From: an uncultured Verrucomicrobiae bacterium
GTDB taxonomy: Bacteria; Verrucomicrobiota; Verrucomicrobiia; Palsa-1439
Reading direction: 5' to 3'
Assembly (NCBI GenBank): GCA_963812605.1
Contig: CAWEWF010000014.1
Location: forward strand, 480,001-544,000
DNA length: 64,000 nt
The stretch's first letter is position 1; each line of letters opens with the position of its first letter. The translations under genes were made by a program, and so were the position numbers. This document shows, one piece after another, positions 19,356 through 30,080 of this stretch. The notes beneath the pieces were generated by a model, which saw nothing but the letters and a program-made list of their open reading frames with translations, was not told where the DNA came from and did no database searches.

Positions 19356-19518
19356 AGGGTGGGGGGCCGACAGTTTGTTTTAATGATCTTTTCACGAAGT
19401 TTGGCCGTGCAAAATTTCTTGGGGCTTGGTAGAAACCACGGGCACTTATTGAACGTCTCAGTTGAAGAGCTTTTTTCCTGATTCCATTCCAGAACCGAAA
19501 CACGAACGACGGCGAGAG

Positions 19519-22149
19519 ATGCCGACCTTAACTGAACAACAGAACGCCGTGCGACCGGCGACGCCTTCGAAGAAGCAGGCGAGCGCGATTCGTGTCTCGC
19601 CGGTGCTGATCGAGGCTTCCCACAAGAATGCCGACGAGGTTTTCGCCCTCCTCAATACCTCGGCGGCGGGCTTGACCCAATTCGATGCGGAAGAGCGATT
19701 CGGCAAATACGGCCCGAACGAGGTGGCCCGCGAGAAACGGCACGGGTGGTTGTGGCGGTTGTGGACAGCCGTGCGAAATCCCCTGGTGATTCTGCTGACG
19801 ATATTGTCGATTGTCACGTTTGCCACGGGGGACCTGGCCGGAGGCAGCGTAATGGCGGCGATGGTTATCCTGGGCGTTTCGCTGCGATTTGTGCAGGAGT
19901 CGCGGGCGGACATCGCGGCGGCGAAGTTGAAAGCCATGATCAGCGTCACCGCCACGGTCAACCGCGACGGCCAGCCGAAGGAAATCCCATTGAAGGAGTT
20001 GGTGCCGGGCGATGTGGTCAAGCTGGCTGCCGGCGACATGATTCCGGCGGACGTGCGACTGATTAGCTGCAAAGACCTCTTCATCATCCAGGCGAGTTTG
20101 ACGGGCGAATCGTTGCCGGTGGAAAAGATCGATACGCCGGAAAAAGAAGACGGTCGTCAACCGTTGGAGTTGCGCAACCTTTGCTTCCTGGGCACCAGCG
20201 TGGAGAGCGGTACGGCGCGCGCGGTGGTGGTGGCGACGGGAGTGCACACGTACTTTGGGAGCATGGCCAGCAGCATTACCGGTCAGCAGGTGGAGACCAG
20301 TTTTGACAAAGGCGTCCACAAGTTCACCTGGTTGATGATTCAGTTCATGATGGTGATGGTGCCGTTGGTTTTCCTGATCAACGGCTTGACGAAGCATGAC
20401 TGGAAGGAAGCGTTCTTCTTCTCGCTGGCGGTGGCAGTGGGGTTGACGCCGGAAATGCTGCCCATGATCGTCTCCGTTTGCCTGACGAAAGGGGCCCTCG
20501 CCATGTCGCGCAAGAAAGTCATCGTGAAGCGGCTCCATTCCATCCAAAACTTTGGCGCCATGGACGTTTTGTGCACGGACAAGACGGGCACATTGACGCT
20601 GGATCGCGTGATTCTCGAAAAGTATTGCGACGTGGCCGGCGATGAGAATGACAGTGTGCTGGAAGCGGCCTACCTGATCAGTTATTTTCAGACGGGGTTA
20701 AAGAACGTGCTGGATCGCGCGATCCTCCAACATGTCGACGCGCACACGGAGTTGCCCGTCGAACAGCACAAGATGGTCGATGAAATTCCCTTCGATTTCT
20801 CGCGACGGATGATGTCGGTGGTCATCGAAACGCCGGAGCACGGCCACCGCCTGTTCACCAAGGGCGCTCCCGAGGCTATTTTCGGCCGTTGTACGCGATT
20901 CGAACTCAACGAGGAAGTCGTGCCGATGGAAGAGATCCTGATTCAGGACTTGAAGGCAGAGTATGAAGACCTGAGCACAGACGGCTTTCGCGTGTTGGCG
21001 GTCGCGTACAAGGACCTGGAAAAGCGGGCAGCCTATTCCAAGGACGACGAATGCGATCTCGTCCTGAAGGGCTACGTGGCATTCCTCGATCCGCCCAAGG
21101 AAACGGCGGCCACGGCTATCGCCGCTTTGCAAAAACACGGCGTCACGGTGAAGGTGCTGACGGGCGACAACGACCTGGTTAGCCGCAAGATTTGCAACGA
21201 GGTCGGGCTGTCCACCGACACGATCCTGCTGGGCCAGCAGGTGGAGGCCATGTCGGATGCCGAACTGGGAGACGCGGCGGAGAAGACGACGCTTTTTGCG
21301 CGATTGTCGCCGGCCCACAAACAAAGAATCATCAAGGCGCTGCAGAGCAAAGGACACGTGCTCGGGTTCCTCGGCGACGGGATCAACAACGCGCCGGCGC
21401 TGCGGGCAGCGGACGTGGGCATTTCCGTGGACACCGCGGTGGACATCGCCAAGGAATCGGCGGACGTCATTCTGCTGGAGAAGAGCCTGATGGTGCTGGA
21501 AGAGGGGGTGCTGGAAGGACGGAAGGTGTTTGTCAACATTCTGCGTTACATCCGCATGGGCGCCAGTTCGAACTTCGGGAACATGTTCAGCGTTCTCGGC
21601 GCCAGCGCGTTCCTGCCATACCTGCCCATGGCGCCGTTGCAGGTGCTGACGAACAACCTGCTCTATGACTTTTCGCAGGTCCCGATCCCGACCGATAACG
21701 TGGGCCCGGAACAGATCGCCAAGCCGCGTCCGTGGGCGATCGGGCAGATCAAGCGGTTCATTCTCTTCATCGGGCCGATCAGCTCGATTTTCGACTACAC
21801 GACGTATTTCATCATGCTCTACGTCTTCAAGTGTTGGGACCCGTCGCGGGCGTCGCTGTTCCAGACCGGGTGGTTCGTGGAATCGCTGATGACGCAGACG
21901 CTGATTATCCACGTCATCCGCACGAACAAGATCCCGTTTCTCCAAAGCCGCGCCAGTTGGCCTTTGACCGCCACCACCGTGATCATCATGTGTTTCGGCA
22001 TGTGGCTGCCGTTTTCCCCGATGGCCCACGCGTTGGGCTTCGTTCGCCTTCCGGGGTTGTACTGGCCATTGCTGGCCCTCACGTTGGTCTGTTACATGGG
22101 GCTCACGCAGATCATCAAAGCGTGGCTTTTCCGCAAGGCGTGGATTTGA
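19519..22149 (+). CDS. mgtA: Mg2+-transporting P-type ATPase
   Basis: TGES, PEMLP, DKTGT, TGD and GASSNFGNMFS; the hinge reads GDGINNAP. Confidence 0.95.
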   Translation: MPTLTEQQNAVRPATPSKKQASAIRVSPVLIEASHKNADEVFALLNTSAAGLTQFDAEERFGKYGPNEVAREKRHGWLWRLWTAVRNPLVILLTILSIVTFATGDLAGGSVMAAMVILGVSLRFVQESRADIAAAKLKAMISVTATVNRDGQPKEIPLKELVPGDVVKLAAGDMIPADVRLISCKDLFIIQASLTGESLPVEKIDTPEKEDGRQPLELRNLCFLGTSVESGTARAVVVATGVHTYFGSMASSITGQQVETSFDKGVHKFTWLMIQFMMVMVPLVFLINGLTKHDWKEAFFFSLAVAVGLTPEMLPMIVSVCLTKGALAMSRKKVIVKRLHSIQNFGAMDVLCTDKTGTLTLDRVILEKYCDVAGDENDSVLEAAYLISYFQTGLKNVLDRAILQHVDAHTELPVEQHKMVDEIPFDFSRRMMSVVIETPEHGHRLFTKGAPEAIFGRCTRFELNEEVVPMEEILIQDLKAEYEDLSTDGFRVLAVAYKDLEKRAAYSKDDECDLVLKGYVAFLDPPKETAATAIAALQKHGVTVKVLTGDNDLVSRKICNEVGLSTDTILLGQQVEAMSDAELGDAAEKTTLFARLSPAHKQRIIKALQSKGHVLGFLGDGINNAPALRAADVGISVDTAVDIAKESADVILLEKSLMVLEEGVLEGRKVFVNILRYIRMGASSNFGNMFSVLGASAFLPYLPMAPLQVLTNNLLYDFSQVPIPTDNVGPEQIAKPRPWAIGQIKRFILFIGPISSIFDYTTYFIMLYVFKCWDPSRASLFQTGWFVESLMTQTLIIHVIRTNKIPFLQSRASWPLTATTVIIMCFGMWLPFSPMAHALGFVRLPGLYWPLLALTLVCYMGLTQIIKAWLFRKAWI

Positions 22150-22189
22150 CGTGGCTCGGGGGGTTCCGTACGCCTTCCCTAAAAGAGGC

Positions 22190-22216
22190 GAAGCCGAGGT
22201 TAGGGTCCTCGGCTTC
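22190..22216 (+). terminator. Hairpin downstream of mgtA
   Basis: GAAGCCGAGG-7nt-CCTCGGCTTC perfect 10-bp stem; weak U-tract. Confidence 0.35.
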
Positions 22217-22490
22217 AGTTAGTCGATTGGTGTGGAGAAGCACCTTCGACGAGGTATGGTATAGGGTGAGTGGTTATCTAGCAGTGTCAGTGCCATGCGT
22301 GCTAGCGGCCGTATTTCGAAGGGATTTTGGCAAAAACATTTCAAAATCAGCCGATTTTCGGCTGCTGTCTTCGAACAAATCTTAGAATTGCAGGTTTTGG
22401 ACCATCGGAAAACCCTCAATTTTGCGAGTTGCACGCTTCGAGGCTTTTCTATACCGTTAGCGCCTCAAAGACTGGGAGAAGACATTACCA

Positions 22491-23801
22491 ATGGCTGTTA
22501 CGATTGAAAACACCGCGCCGTGCCGCAAGAAGCTCCGCATCGAGGTGGAAGCCGAACGGGTGGCCGGCACACGCGCCGAGATTTTACAGGAATTCCGCAA
22601 GTTCGCGGCGATCCCCGGCTTTCGCCCGGGCAAAGCGCCCGAGCCGATGGTCGAGAAGCGATACGCCGGTCAGATCGACGAGGAATTGCGCAAGCGGCTT
22701 ATCCCCGAAAGCTATCGCGAAACACTCGGCGAGCAGAAGTTGAAAGTCGTGGGTTATCCGCAAATCGAGTCCGTCGAGTACAAACACGGCAGCGCGCTGG
22801 TTTACACCGCCGCCGTGGACACCGCGCCCGAGTTTCCTCTTCCCGACTACAAGGGCATTCCTTTGAAAAAGAAAACGGTGGCGGTGAAGGAAGAGGAGAT
22901 CAACAAGACCATTGATTCCTTGCGGGAGCAGCAGGTCGAGTTCGTCGCCATCGAAAACCGCGCGATCCAGACCGGCGACTACGCCGTTATCAATTACACC
23001 GGTGTGTCCGACGGCAAACCGATCAGTGAACTTGTCGCGGATGCCAAGGAACTGGGTGAGAACAAGGACTTTTGGCTGCTGATCTCCGCGGATTCATTTC
23101 TGCCCGGTTTTTGCGACCAGCTTATCGGCGCCAAGGCCGGCGAGAAGCGCCAGGTTCTTGTCGATTTCCCGGCCGATTTTCCACAAAAGGCCGTGGCGGG
23201 AAAAAAGGCCACCTTTTTCGTGGACGTGATCGCGATCAAGGAGAAAAAGCTGCCGGAGGTCAACGACGAGTTCGCCAAGAAGGTCGGCCTCGACAATGTG
23301 GAAAAGCTGAAAGACGCAGTCCGCAAGAGCCTCCTCACCGAGGTGGAGAGCCAGCAGGAGGCGGAATTGCGACGCCAGATTGCCGACCACCTGCGGAGCA
23401 AGGTTGAATTTGAGTTGCCCGAGTCACTGGTTAAGCAGGAAACACGCAGCATCATTTATGACGTCGTTCGCGAAAACAGCCTGCGTGGGGCGACGAAGGA
23501 GCAGCTCGAAGAGAAGAAGGATGAGATCTATGGGTTCGCCACCCAGAACGCCAAGGAGCGTCTCCGCACCTCGTTCATCCTCGGGGCCATCGCCGAAGCT
23601 GAACAGATCAAGGTCGAGGAGGCGGAAGTGGAACAGCGCATAGCGCAGATGGCCCAGCGCACTCGGACTACACCGGAAAAGCTGAAGGCGCAATTAGCCG
23701 AAAAGAACGGATTCGGCGAAATCGAGGAACAAATCCTGGTCGGGAAGACCCTAGATTTTCTTGTGGCGAACGCCAAAATCGAGACAATTGCCGAATCCTA
23801 G
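22491..23801 (+). CDS. tig: Trigger factor
   Basis: IPGFRPGKAP ribosome-binding motif and FKBP domain; upstream of clpP. Confidence 0.95.
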   Translation: MAVTIENTAPCRKKLRIEVEAERVAGTRAEILQEFRKFAAIPGFRPGKAPEPMVEKRYAGQIDEELRKRLIPESYRETLGEQKLKVVGYPQIESVEYKHGSALVYTAAVDTAPEFPLPDYKGIPLKKKTVAVKEEEINKTIDSLREQQVEFVAIENRAIQTGDYAVINYTGVSDGKPISELVADAKELGENKDFWLLISADSFLPGFCDQLIGAKAGEKRQVLVDFPADFPQKAVAGKKATFFVDVIAIKEKKLPEVNDEFAKKVGLDNVEKLKDAVRKSLLTEVESQQEAELRRQIADHLRSKVEFELPESLVKQETRSIIYDVVRENSLRGATKEQLEEKKDEIYGFATQNAKERLRTSFILGAIAEAEQIKVEEAEVEQRIAQMAQRTRTTPEKLKAQLAEKNGFGEIEEQILVGKTLDFLVANAKIETIAES

Positions 23802-23879
23802 GGCCGTGGGGCAGGGCAACACCGGCGGGGATTGCAGTCGGCAAAAGAAATGCTAGTATGGAAGGCAAAAGGAAGGCAA

Positions 23880-24506
23880 ATGGACAAAGCTCAGTTACTG
23901 GTACCGATGGTGGTCGAGCAGACGGGCCGCGGCGAACGCGGCTACGACATCTATTCCCGCTTGCTGAAAGACCGCATTGTGTTTGTCGGCACGCCGATTG
24001 ACGACAACGTGGCCAACGTCATCATCGCGCAGATGCTTTACCTCCAGTCCGAGGACCCGGCCAAGGACATCAACCTTTACATCAACTCGCCCGGCGGCTC
24101 CGTCACCTCGGGACTGGCCATCTATGATACGATCCAATTTGTGAAATGCGACGTGACCACCTATTGCGTTGGCCAGGCCGCGAGCATGGGCGCCGTGCTG
24201 CTCGCCGCGGGCACCAAAGGCAAACGCTTTGCCCTGCCCAATGCGCGGATCATGATTCACCAACCGTGGGGGGGCGTCCAGGGACAGGCCGCCGATATCA
24301 GCATCCAGGCGAAGGAGATTTTGCGGATGCGGGACCGACTCAATGAAATCCTCGCGTTGCACACCGGCAAGCCGATCGAGACGATCGCAAAAGACACAGA
24401 CCGCGATTTCTTCATGTCCGCCGCCGAGTCGCGGGATTATGGGCTCGTCGACGAGGTTGTGAAGTCACGCCGTGACGTCGAGAAGAAACCGGAGAAGGCC
24501 GCCTAG
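23880..24506 (+). CDS. clpP: Clp protease proteolytic subunit
   Basis: [24 protein letters not shown] and IMIHQP. Confidence 0.97.
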   Translation: MDKAQLLVPMVVEQTGRGERGYDIYSRLLKDRIVFVGTPIDDNVANVIIAQMLYLQSEDPAKDINLYINSPGGSVTSGLAIYDTIQFVKCDVTTYCVGQAASMGAVLLAAGTKGKRFALPNARIMIHQPWGGVQGQAADISIQAKEILRMRDRLNEILALHTGKPIETIAKDTDRDFFMSAAESRDYGLVDEVVKSRRDVEKKPEKAA

Positions 24507-24514
24507 GAAAACAC

Positions 24515-25808
24515 ATGGCGCGCCCGACGAACCTGACGATGTGCAGCTTCTGTGGGAAGACCCACGGCGAGGTGCGGAAACTCATCGCTGGCCCGGGCGT
24601 TTACATCTGCGACAACTGCATCACGGTCTGCAAGAGCATTCTCGACAAGGAACTGGGACACCCCAAGACCAAGCCATCCGCCGGTTTCCGCCTCGCTGTC
24701 CCGAAGCCCGCCGAGATCCGGCGACAACTCGACCAGTACGTCATCGGGCAGGAGCAGGCCAAGAAGACCATCGCGGTGGCGGTACACAATCATTACAAGC
24801 GCATCCAGCAGGACAACACCGGCTCTGACAAGACGGCCAACGGCGCGGTTAAGCTGGATGAACATCGCAACGTCGAGATCGAGAAGAGCAACATTTTGCT
24901 GATCGGGCCGACGGGCTCGGGTAAGACGCTTCTCGCGCGCACCCTCGCACGGATCCTCGATGTGCCATTCTGCATCGCCGACGCCACCACATTGACGGAA
25001 GCGGGTTACGTCGGCGAAGACGTCGAGAATATCATTCTGCGACTGTTGCAGGGCGCCGATTATGATGTCAAACGCGCCGAACTGGGTATTGTTTATATTG
25101 ACGAGATCGACAAGATCGGGCGCAAAAGCGATTCCGCCAGCATCACCCGCGATGTTTCGGGCGAAGGCGTGCAGCAGGCCCTGCTGAAAATCCTGGAAGG
25201 CACGGTTTGCAACGTCCCACCGCAAGGCGGGCGCAAACATCCGCATCAGGAATACATCCAGGTCAATACCGAGCACATTCTTTTCATCTGCGGCGGCGCC
25301 TTCATCGGTTTGGACAAGATCGTCCAGCGACGTATCGGCGGCCATGCGCTTGGGATTTGCCAAACCCGACGAGACGACGAAGCTGGCCCAGCGCGCCAGC
25401 ATCACGGAGCACGTCGAGCCCGAAGACCTGTTGAAATTCGGGATGATCCCCGAGTTCGTCGGGCGCCTCCCCGTCGTCTCGGTCCTCAATGAGCTGATCG
25501 AGCCCGAACTGATCGCGATTCTCACGGAGACCAAGAACGCGATGATCAAGCAGTACAGCAAGCTGTTCGCGATGGAAGGCGTGAACCTGAATCTCACCAA
25601 GGACGCGCTGCAGGCGCTGGCGGAAGCCGCGCTCAAGAAGGGCACCGGCGCGCGCGCCCTGCGATCGTTGCTGGAAAAACTGATGCTCGACCTGATGTAC
25701 GAGATCCCCTCGCGCGATGACATCGCCGAAGTCACCATCAACCGCGGTGTCGTCGAAGGCAAGCGCGAACCCCTCATCCGCAAGAAGCAGTCAAAGGACG
25801 CCGCCTGA
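24515..25808 (+). CDS. clpX: ClpX ATPase (frameshift ~25353, likely sequencing error)
   Basis: CSFCGK Zn finger, GPTGSGKT and [10 protein letters not shown]; continues LGFAK...PEFVGRLP...TGARALR in ORF 25344..25808. Confidence 0.95.
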
Positions 25809-25812
25809 TTAT

Positions 25813-25971
25813 TCACCGTAACGGGGTGAATTTCTTCTGCTGTTGGTGGTCGATTCGTTTCAACTCCGTGCGAAGCTGACTCAGTACCAAAGTGTTGATG
25901 ACGACCAGCGACGCTACCAGAATCGTCAACGTCAAGACCACGAGCATGGCGCTGCCGCGTTCGTTTTTCAT
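25813..25971 (-). CDS. Miniature GspK/PilX/ComGG-like minor pilin (52 aa)
   Basis: MKNERG|SAMLVVLTLTILVASLVV class III signal without E5; ATGA overlap with the upstream pilin. Confidence 0.65.
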   Translation of the reverse strand: MKNERGSAMLVVLTLTILVASLVVINTLVLSQLRTELKRIDHQQQKKFTPLR

Positions 25972-26429
25972 GACGGTCTCCGGGCAACGGCGGTGAACGT
26001 GAACAGCGGTCGCACGAGGACGATTTTTTGCGGACTGGCGAGTTCCAATTCCCAACGCCAGGCGTCGACGCGCTGGCGCGGGTCATCCGAGATGGTGGAC
26101 GTCTTCACTTGTTTGAGCACAATCGTCCGTGTTGCGCCTGTCTGTCGCCAGACCGCGCCATCCACGAAGACATACGCAACCTCACCCGATTGTTGCGGAA
26201 TCGCCACGCCATTGTCGATCGAGTGCGGGGGAGCAATGGCGGCACGAATGTCTTCCCGCCAACGCTCACCAGCGCGCATCGCGCGCACGATGTCATCGGC
26301 GTTGCGGCGAAGGCTGCGAGTATGTTGGTCGTATCGGTAATAGGCGACAAAGGAGAGGTCGAGCACCACCGCGAACACCGCGATGTAGACGAGGCATTCG
26401 AGCAACGAGAAACCGCGTTCCGACTTCAT
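25968..26429 (-). CDS. Prepilin-type minor pilin (GspJ/PilW-like)
   Basis: MKSERG|FSLLECLVYIAVFAVVL with E at +5; 153 aa. Confidence 0.85.
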   Translation of the reverse strand: MKSERGFSLLECLVYIAVFAVVLDLSFVAYYRYDQHTRSLRRNADDIVRAMRAGERWREDIRAAIAPPHSIDNGVAIPQQSGEVAYVFVDGAVWRQTGATRTIVLKQVKTSTISDDPRQRVDAWRWELELASPQKIVLVRPLFTFTAVARRPS

Positions 26430-26792
26430 TGTCCGACCGCCTCCCGCACGACCGCGCGCCGGAGCGGGACTTGTCCGGTTGCCACTCCAGCCGCAAACGC
26501 GGCCCATGCACCGTCAGGGTGAACTTGCCCGGCGGCAGGTATTTTGCCGATTCGGCGTGGACGGTATAAGGTGTCGTGCCTTCGGCAAAAGCCCGCCATT
26601 CGCCTGCGGCGAGGACTTCCATTTCGCCATCGACGGCTTCCATGGCGACCGCGCGCCAGTAATAGACGCGGCAGCATGCTGTTCGTCCACAAACGAAAAT
26701 CCCAACGGCAGCAGGATCGTCACAATGAGGGTCAACGCCATCATCAACTCGATGGTCATCGAACCGCACTCGTATCGAGTTCGCTTCACCAT
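26426..26792 (-). CDS. Prepilin-type minor pilin (GspI/PilV-like), two apparent frameshifts (~26665, ~26458)
   Basis: MVKRTRYECG|SMTIELMMALTLIVTILLPLG, then YYWRAVAMEAVDGEMEVLAAGEW...LRLEWQP, then AVVREAVGQ* in successive frames. Confidence 0.7.
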
Positions 26793-27942
26793 AGGGACAG
26801 CTCCCACACGATGGACGTTAACGCTTGAAACACGCCGACGGCGACCAGGCCGACGAAGGCGCCATTGAGAATCACCAGGACCGTGGTGACAATCTGCGAC
26901 GCCGCTTGTTCCTGCTGAAATGCCTTCGCATCCAACGCCTCGTGCCAGCCAGCTAGCGCTGCGCGAAAACCAGTTTGTCCATGGACCGCATTGGTCAAGC
27001 GCCAGCGGAACTCGCCGCCATCATCCAAGACAGCCATGGCATCCGTCAAAGGCACACCCTGTTGAAGCTTCCGCATGATCGCGTCGCCGCGGCGAATAAA
27101 AACGTCATTATCGGTGCTGGCCGCGGCGAGCTGTACGGCTTTCGACTCCGGTAGATTGGCGTCCAGCAGGATGGCCAGTGTCGCCGAGAAATCCCTCAGC
27201 AACTGCTTTCGCCGCCAAGGCAACTTCCAAGCCAGGCGATCGGCCATTGGTTTCAGAATCGGATTAAGCCAACGCAACAGCCATGTCGTCCGTCCGTACA
27301 TGGCGCCGACCACGCAAAGCATGAGCAGCAGGACGAGCTGGGCGCCGATAAACCAGGAAGGCGATGTGCGTAGAAAAACTCGAACAACGGCGGAAACGTT
27401 CCGCCAAAGTCTTCCGTAATTTCGCGAAACTTTGGAAGAATCACGATGGCGATAAAGGAAGGAATGACCACGGCGGCTGGACTGAGGACGACGAACAGGA
27501 TGATTATATAGTTGACGAGTTTCAGCGAACGCGAGGCGCCGGTGGTCAGCGTTTTGCGGCAGGCCGCCAGGATCGCGGGGAAAGTGTTGGCGTGTTCCCC
27601 TGTCTGCAGCATCGCGACCACCCGCGATGGCAGAAATCCCGGCACACGAGCGAGTGCTTCACCGAGGCGCAACCCATCGCGAAGATATTCTGCCAACTTT
27701 TGAAAACGGCGACCGAGGGTATGATCGCCGCTATCGGCAATTTCCACGACGATTTGCTCGGGACTGTGACCTTCACGAATTCCGCTTTCCAGTAAATCGA
27801 GGAACAGACAGGCCTGCCCCTGTCGTCGCAAGGGCGCGCGCAGGGTAAAGTACACCAGGCAAATGAAAACAACCCAGGAGGCGAGTGGCACGAGCGTCGC
27901 AATCAGGAATTCAGGGCTGCTTGCAAATGTATGTTCATTCAT
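26786..27942 (-). CDS. GspF/PilC family platform protein 2 (frameshift ~27360)
   Basis: LAEYLRDGLRLGEALARVPGFLPSRVVAMLQTGE; IAIVILPKFREI; second domain FSATLAILLDANLPESKAV. Confidence 0.8.
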
Positions 27943-27943
27943 A

Positions 27944-28933
27944 TCAACCCCCCAGGGTGCCAACAGTACGGCTGATCATAGCGATCAAGGTGTACAACTG
28001 GGCGCAGAGCAGGCCGCCAAGGATCAACACTGCCGTCGGAAGGGCCGCATACAATAGGATTTCGGTTCTTTGGAGCGCCCGTGCCTGGTAAATTTCCGCT
28101 GCTCGCTGGAAGCCATCTGCCATGTTCTCTCTCGCGCTCGCCACGATCCAAACAAACAACCCCGGGAATGACAACTCCATCGTCTGCGATTCGTGAAAAG
28201 GCAGTCTGACCTGCCTGCCACCCGGGACTGCCAGACGAGCGAGTTCCTTTCCGCCAGCGCTGCCGTTCTCCATCTGCTGTGCGAGAGCGATAGCATCTGC
28301 CAGCGTGCATCCGCCTTTCAACATCATGGTCATCGCGAAGGCTATGCGTGCCAGGCTGGCTTCGTGAAATGCCGGGGCCCGCCACTGAAGCGATCGCTGA
28401 AAAGAGGGAATGGTTATCACTATAAAAACTGCGACTGTTATTAGCAGCAGGAGGATCAGGGGTGTCCAAAGCAAGGTGACCTCAACTATCGGCAGTTTCG
28501 CGAGCGTGTTGCCAGTCAAGTCCTCAGCGAACGAGTGATAGAACTGGTGGACGAAGAACGTCAACCACACCGACAACGCCACCGTGGCCAGCAGCACGAT
28601 CAGTGGGTAAACCATCAGCCCCTTCAGTCGCATGCCAATCAGGCTGGCGCGTTGGTAATAATCGGCCACCAGCGTCAGCACACCGGGCAGGTCGTTGCTT
28701 TGGACGCCGACCTGGATCATCTGTACGTAGAAGGGCGGCAACTTGCGCGCGGCGAGGGCTTGTTTTATCGGGACACCATTGGCGAGGTCGGCGCGGAGTT
28801 TTTCGAGTTCATCCCGCAGATCGCCGCGGCGCATGGAAGAGCAAAGTTGGCCCAGGGCGCTTTCGAGCGGAATGCCGTCCCGCAACATCGCGGCCAACTG
28901 CTGGTTGAAAAAGGCGAATTCGTCCAGTTTCAT
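27944..28933 (-). CDS. GspF/PilC family platform protein 1
   Basis: FAFFNQQLAAMLRDGIPL, LPPFYVQMIQVG and LMVYPLIV; second domain ARIAFAMTMMLKGG. Confidence 0.88.
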   Translation of the reverse strand: MKLDEFAFFNQQLAAMLRDGIPLESALGQLCSSMRRGDLRDELEKLRADLANGVPIKQALAARKLPPFYVQMIQVGVQSNDLPGVLTLVADYYQRASLIGMRLKGLMVYPLIVLLATVALSVWLTFFVHQFYHSFAEDLTGNTLAKLPIVEVTLLWTPLILLLLITVAVFIVITIPSFQRSLQWRAPAFHEASLARIAFAMTMMLKGGCTLADAIALAQQMENGSAGGKELARLAVPGGRQVRLPFHESQTMELSFPGLFVWIVASARENMADGFQRAAEIYQARALQRTEILLYAALPTAVLILGGLLCAQLYTLIAMISRTVGTLGG

Positions 28934-29993
28934 GTGCCGAGTACCCTTCGGAGTTCTGCGTCATTGGTGATACCACGTTCGACCAAAGCGCGGCCGGCGG
29001 CTTCGAGGGAGCCGGACGGCGCAATCGACGCCAGTTCATGGGCACGCAGCCGCTCACGCATCGGCTCATCCATCTTGACGCACTCGACCAACGGCGCGCG
29101 GCCCTTGTAACCGGTTCGCAGGCACGACTCGCACCCGTCGCCGCGGCAGGTCGGACAGAGTCGGCGGATCAGGCGCTGATTCAACACCAGACCAATTACG
29201 GAAGCCACCGCGAAACGATCAGGACACATCACCAGCAGGCGTTCGAACACGCCACGGCACGAGCCGGCGTGCAGAGTGGAGATCACCAAATGCCCGGTGA
29301 GCGCAGCTCGTACAGCGATGTTGGCGGTCTCTTCGTCACGGATTTCGCCGATGACGAGGACTTGCGGGTCCTGGCGCAACAGGTGACGCGCTGCCTTTGA
29401 AAACGTCAGGCCGCGCGCGTCATTGACTTCCGTCTGCATCACGCCGGCAACGATCTGCTCGACAGGATCTTCAACGGTAATGATGTGGCGGCCGCCCAAA
29501 TCGAGAAGCTGCCGCAGGCAGGCGTAAATGGTCGTCGTCTTACCGCTACCGGCTGTCCCGTCAACAACAAGAGGCCTGCGGTTTGTCGCAAAAACGCCTC
29601 TAGTTCCGCGCAAATCGCCTCGGGAAAACTCAACTCATGCAAAGTCGGCGCGGTGAAGTCGCTGAATAATCGCAAGACGATTTTCTCACCGGTGACGGTG
29701 GGATAGGTCGCCACGCGGATGTCGTGCCGGCCGCCGCCGTCGGCCTTGTCGATACGTCCGTCCTGCGGCAGGGAATCCTGATACGTCTTGAGGCGCGCGA
29801 GGAACTTGATGCGGCCAAAAACATGGTCGGCCAGCTCGGCGGGCAGGTCCGAGACGGGCGAGACGATGCCGTCCAGCCGAAACGCGACCTGGGTTGCGCC
29901 GGCGCATTTCTGTAGATGAATGTCGCTGGCGTTCGCGCGCTCGGCCTGTTGGATCAGGTCCTCCAACACCTTCGGTGCCGAGAGGTCAGACAC
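28930..29993 (-). CDS. Short GspE/PilB family extension ATPase, ~354 aa (frameshift ~29555 in Walker A)
   Basis: ASDIH, FRLDG, PQDG, LTG[P]AGSGKTTT, TVEDPVE, LRQDP, GEIRD, TGHLVISTLH and CPTC..CESC. Confidence 0.9.
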
Positions 29994-30027
29994 GCTAGCA
30001 TTGTAACGACTCCGTGGTAAAAAGCAA
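29994..30027 (-). promoter_or_regulatory. Sigma70-type promoter, probably leaderless, for the minimal pilus operon
   Basis: Minus strand TTGCTT-16nt-TACAAT-6nt-GTG(29993). Confidence 0.55.
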
Positions 30028-30080
30028 GTTTGCAGAGGACCGCACAGCCATTGTATGGTGCGCCTTCCACAGGCAAAAAC

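Noticed and set aside
19356-19518. Mg2+ riboswitch or MgtL-type leader before mgtA
   Set aside because: No recognisable M-box features and no separate Pro-rich leader ORF; the upstream TTG frame is simply in frame with mgtA.
15042-22029. Long antisense ORFs (15042..16463, 17412..18821, 20698..22029; also 24503..26086, 61515..62501)
   Set aside because: Shadow frames of high-GC3 genes on the opposite strand, with no independent motifs.
22150-22490. tRNA or ncRNA upstream of tig
   Set aside because: No cloverleaf, T-loop or CCA found; only a hairpin and promoter-like AT-rich sequence.
28160-28240. Odd segment LAVPGGRQVRLPFHESQTM in platform protein 1
   Set aside because: The other two frames read WQSRVA and GQTAFSRIADDGVVIP, which suggests three compensating indels rather than a novel motif.
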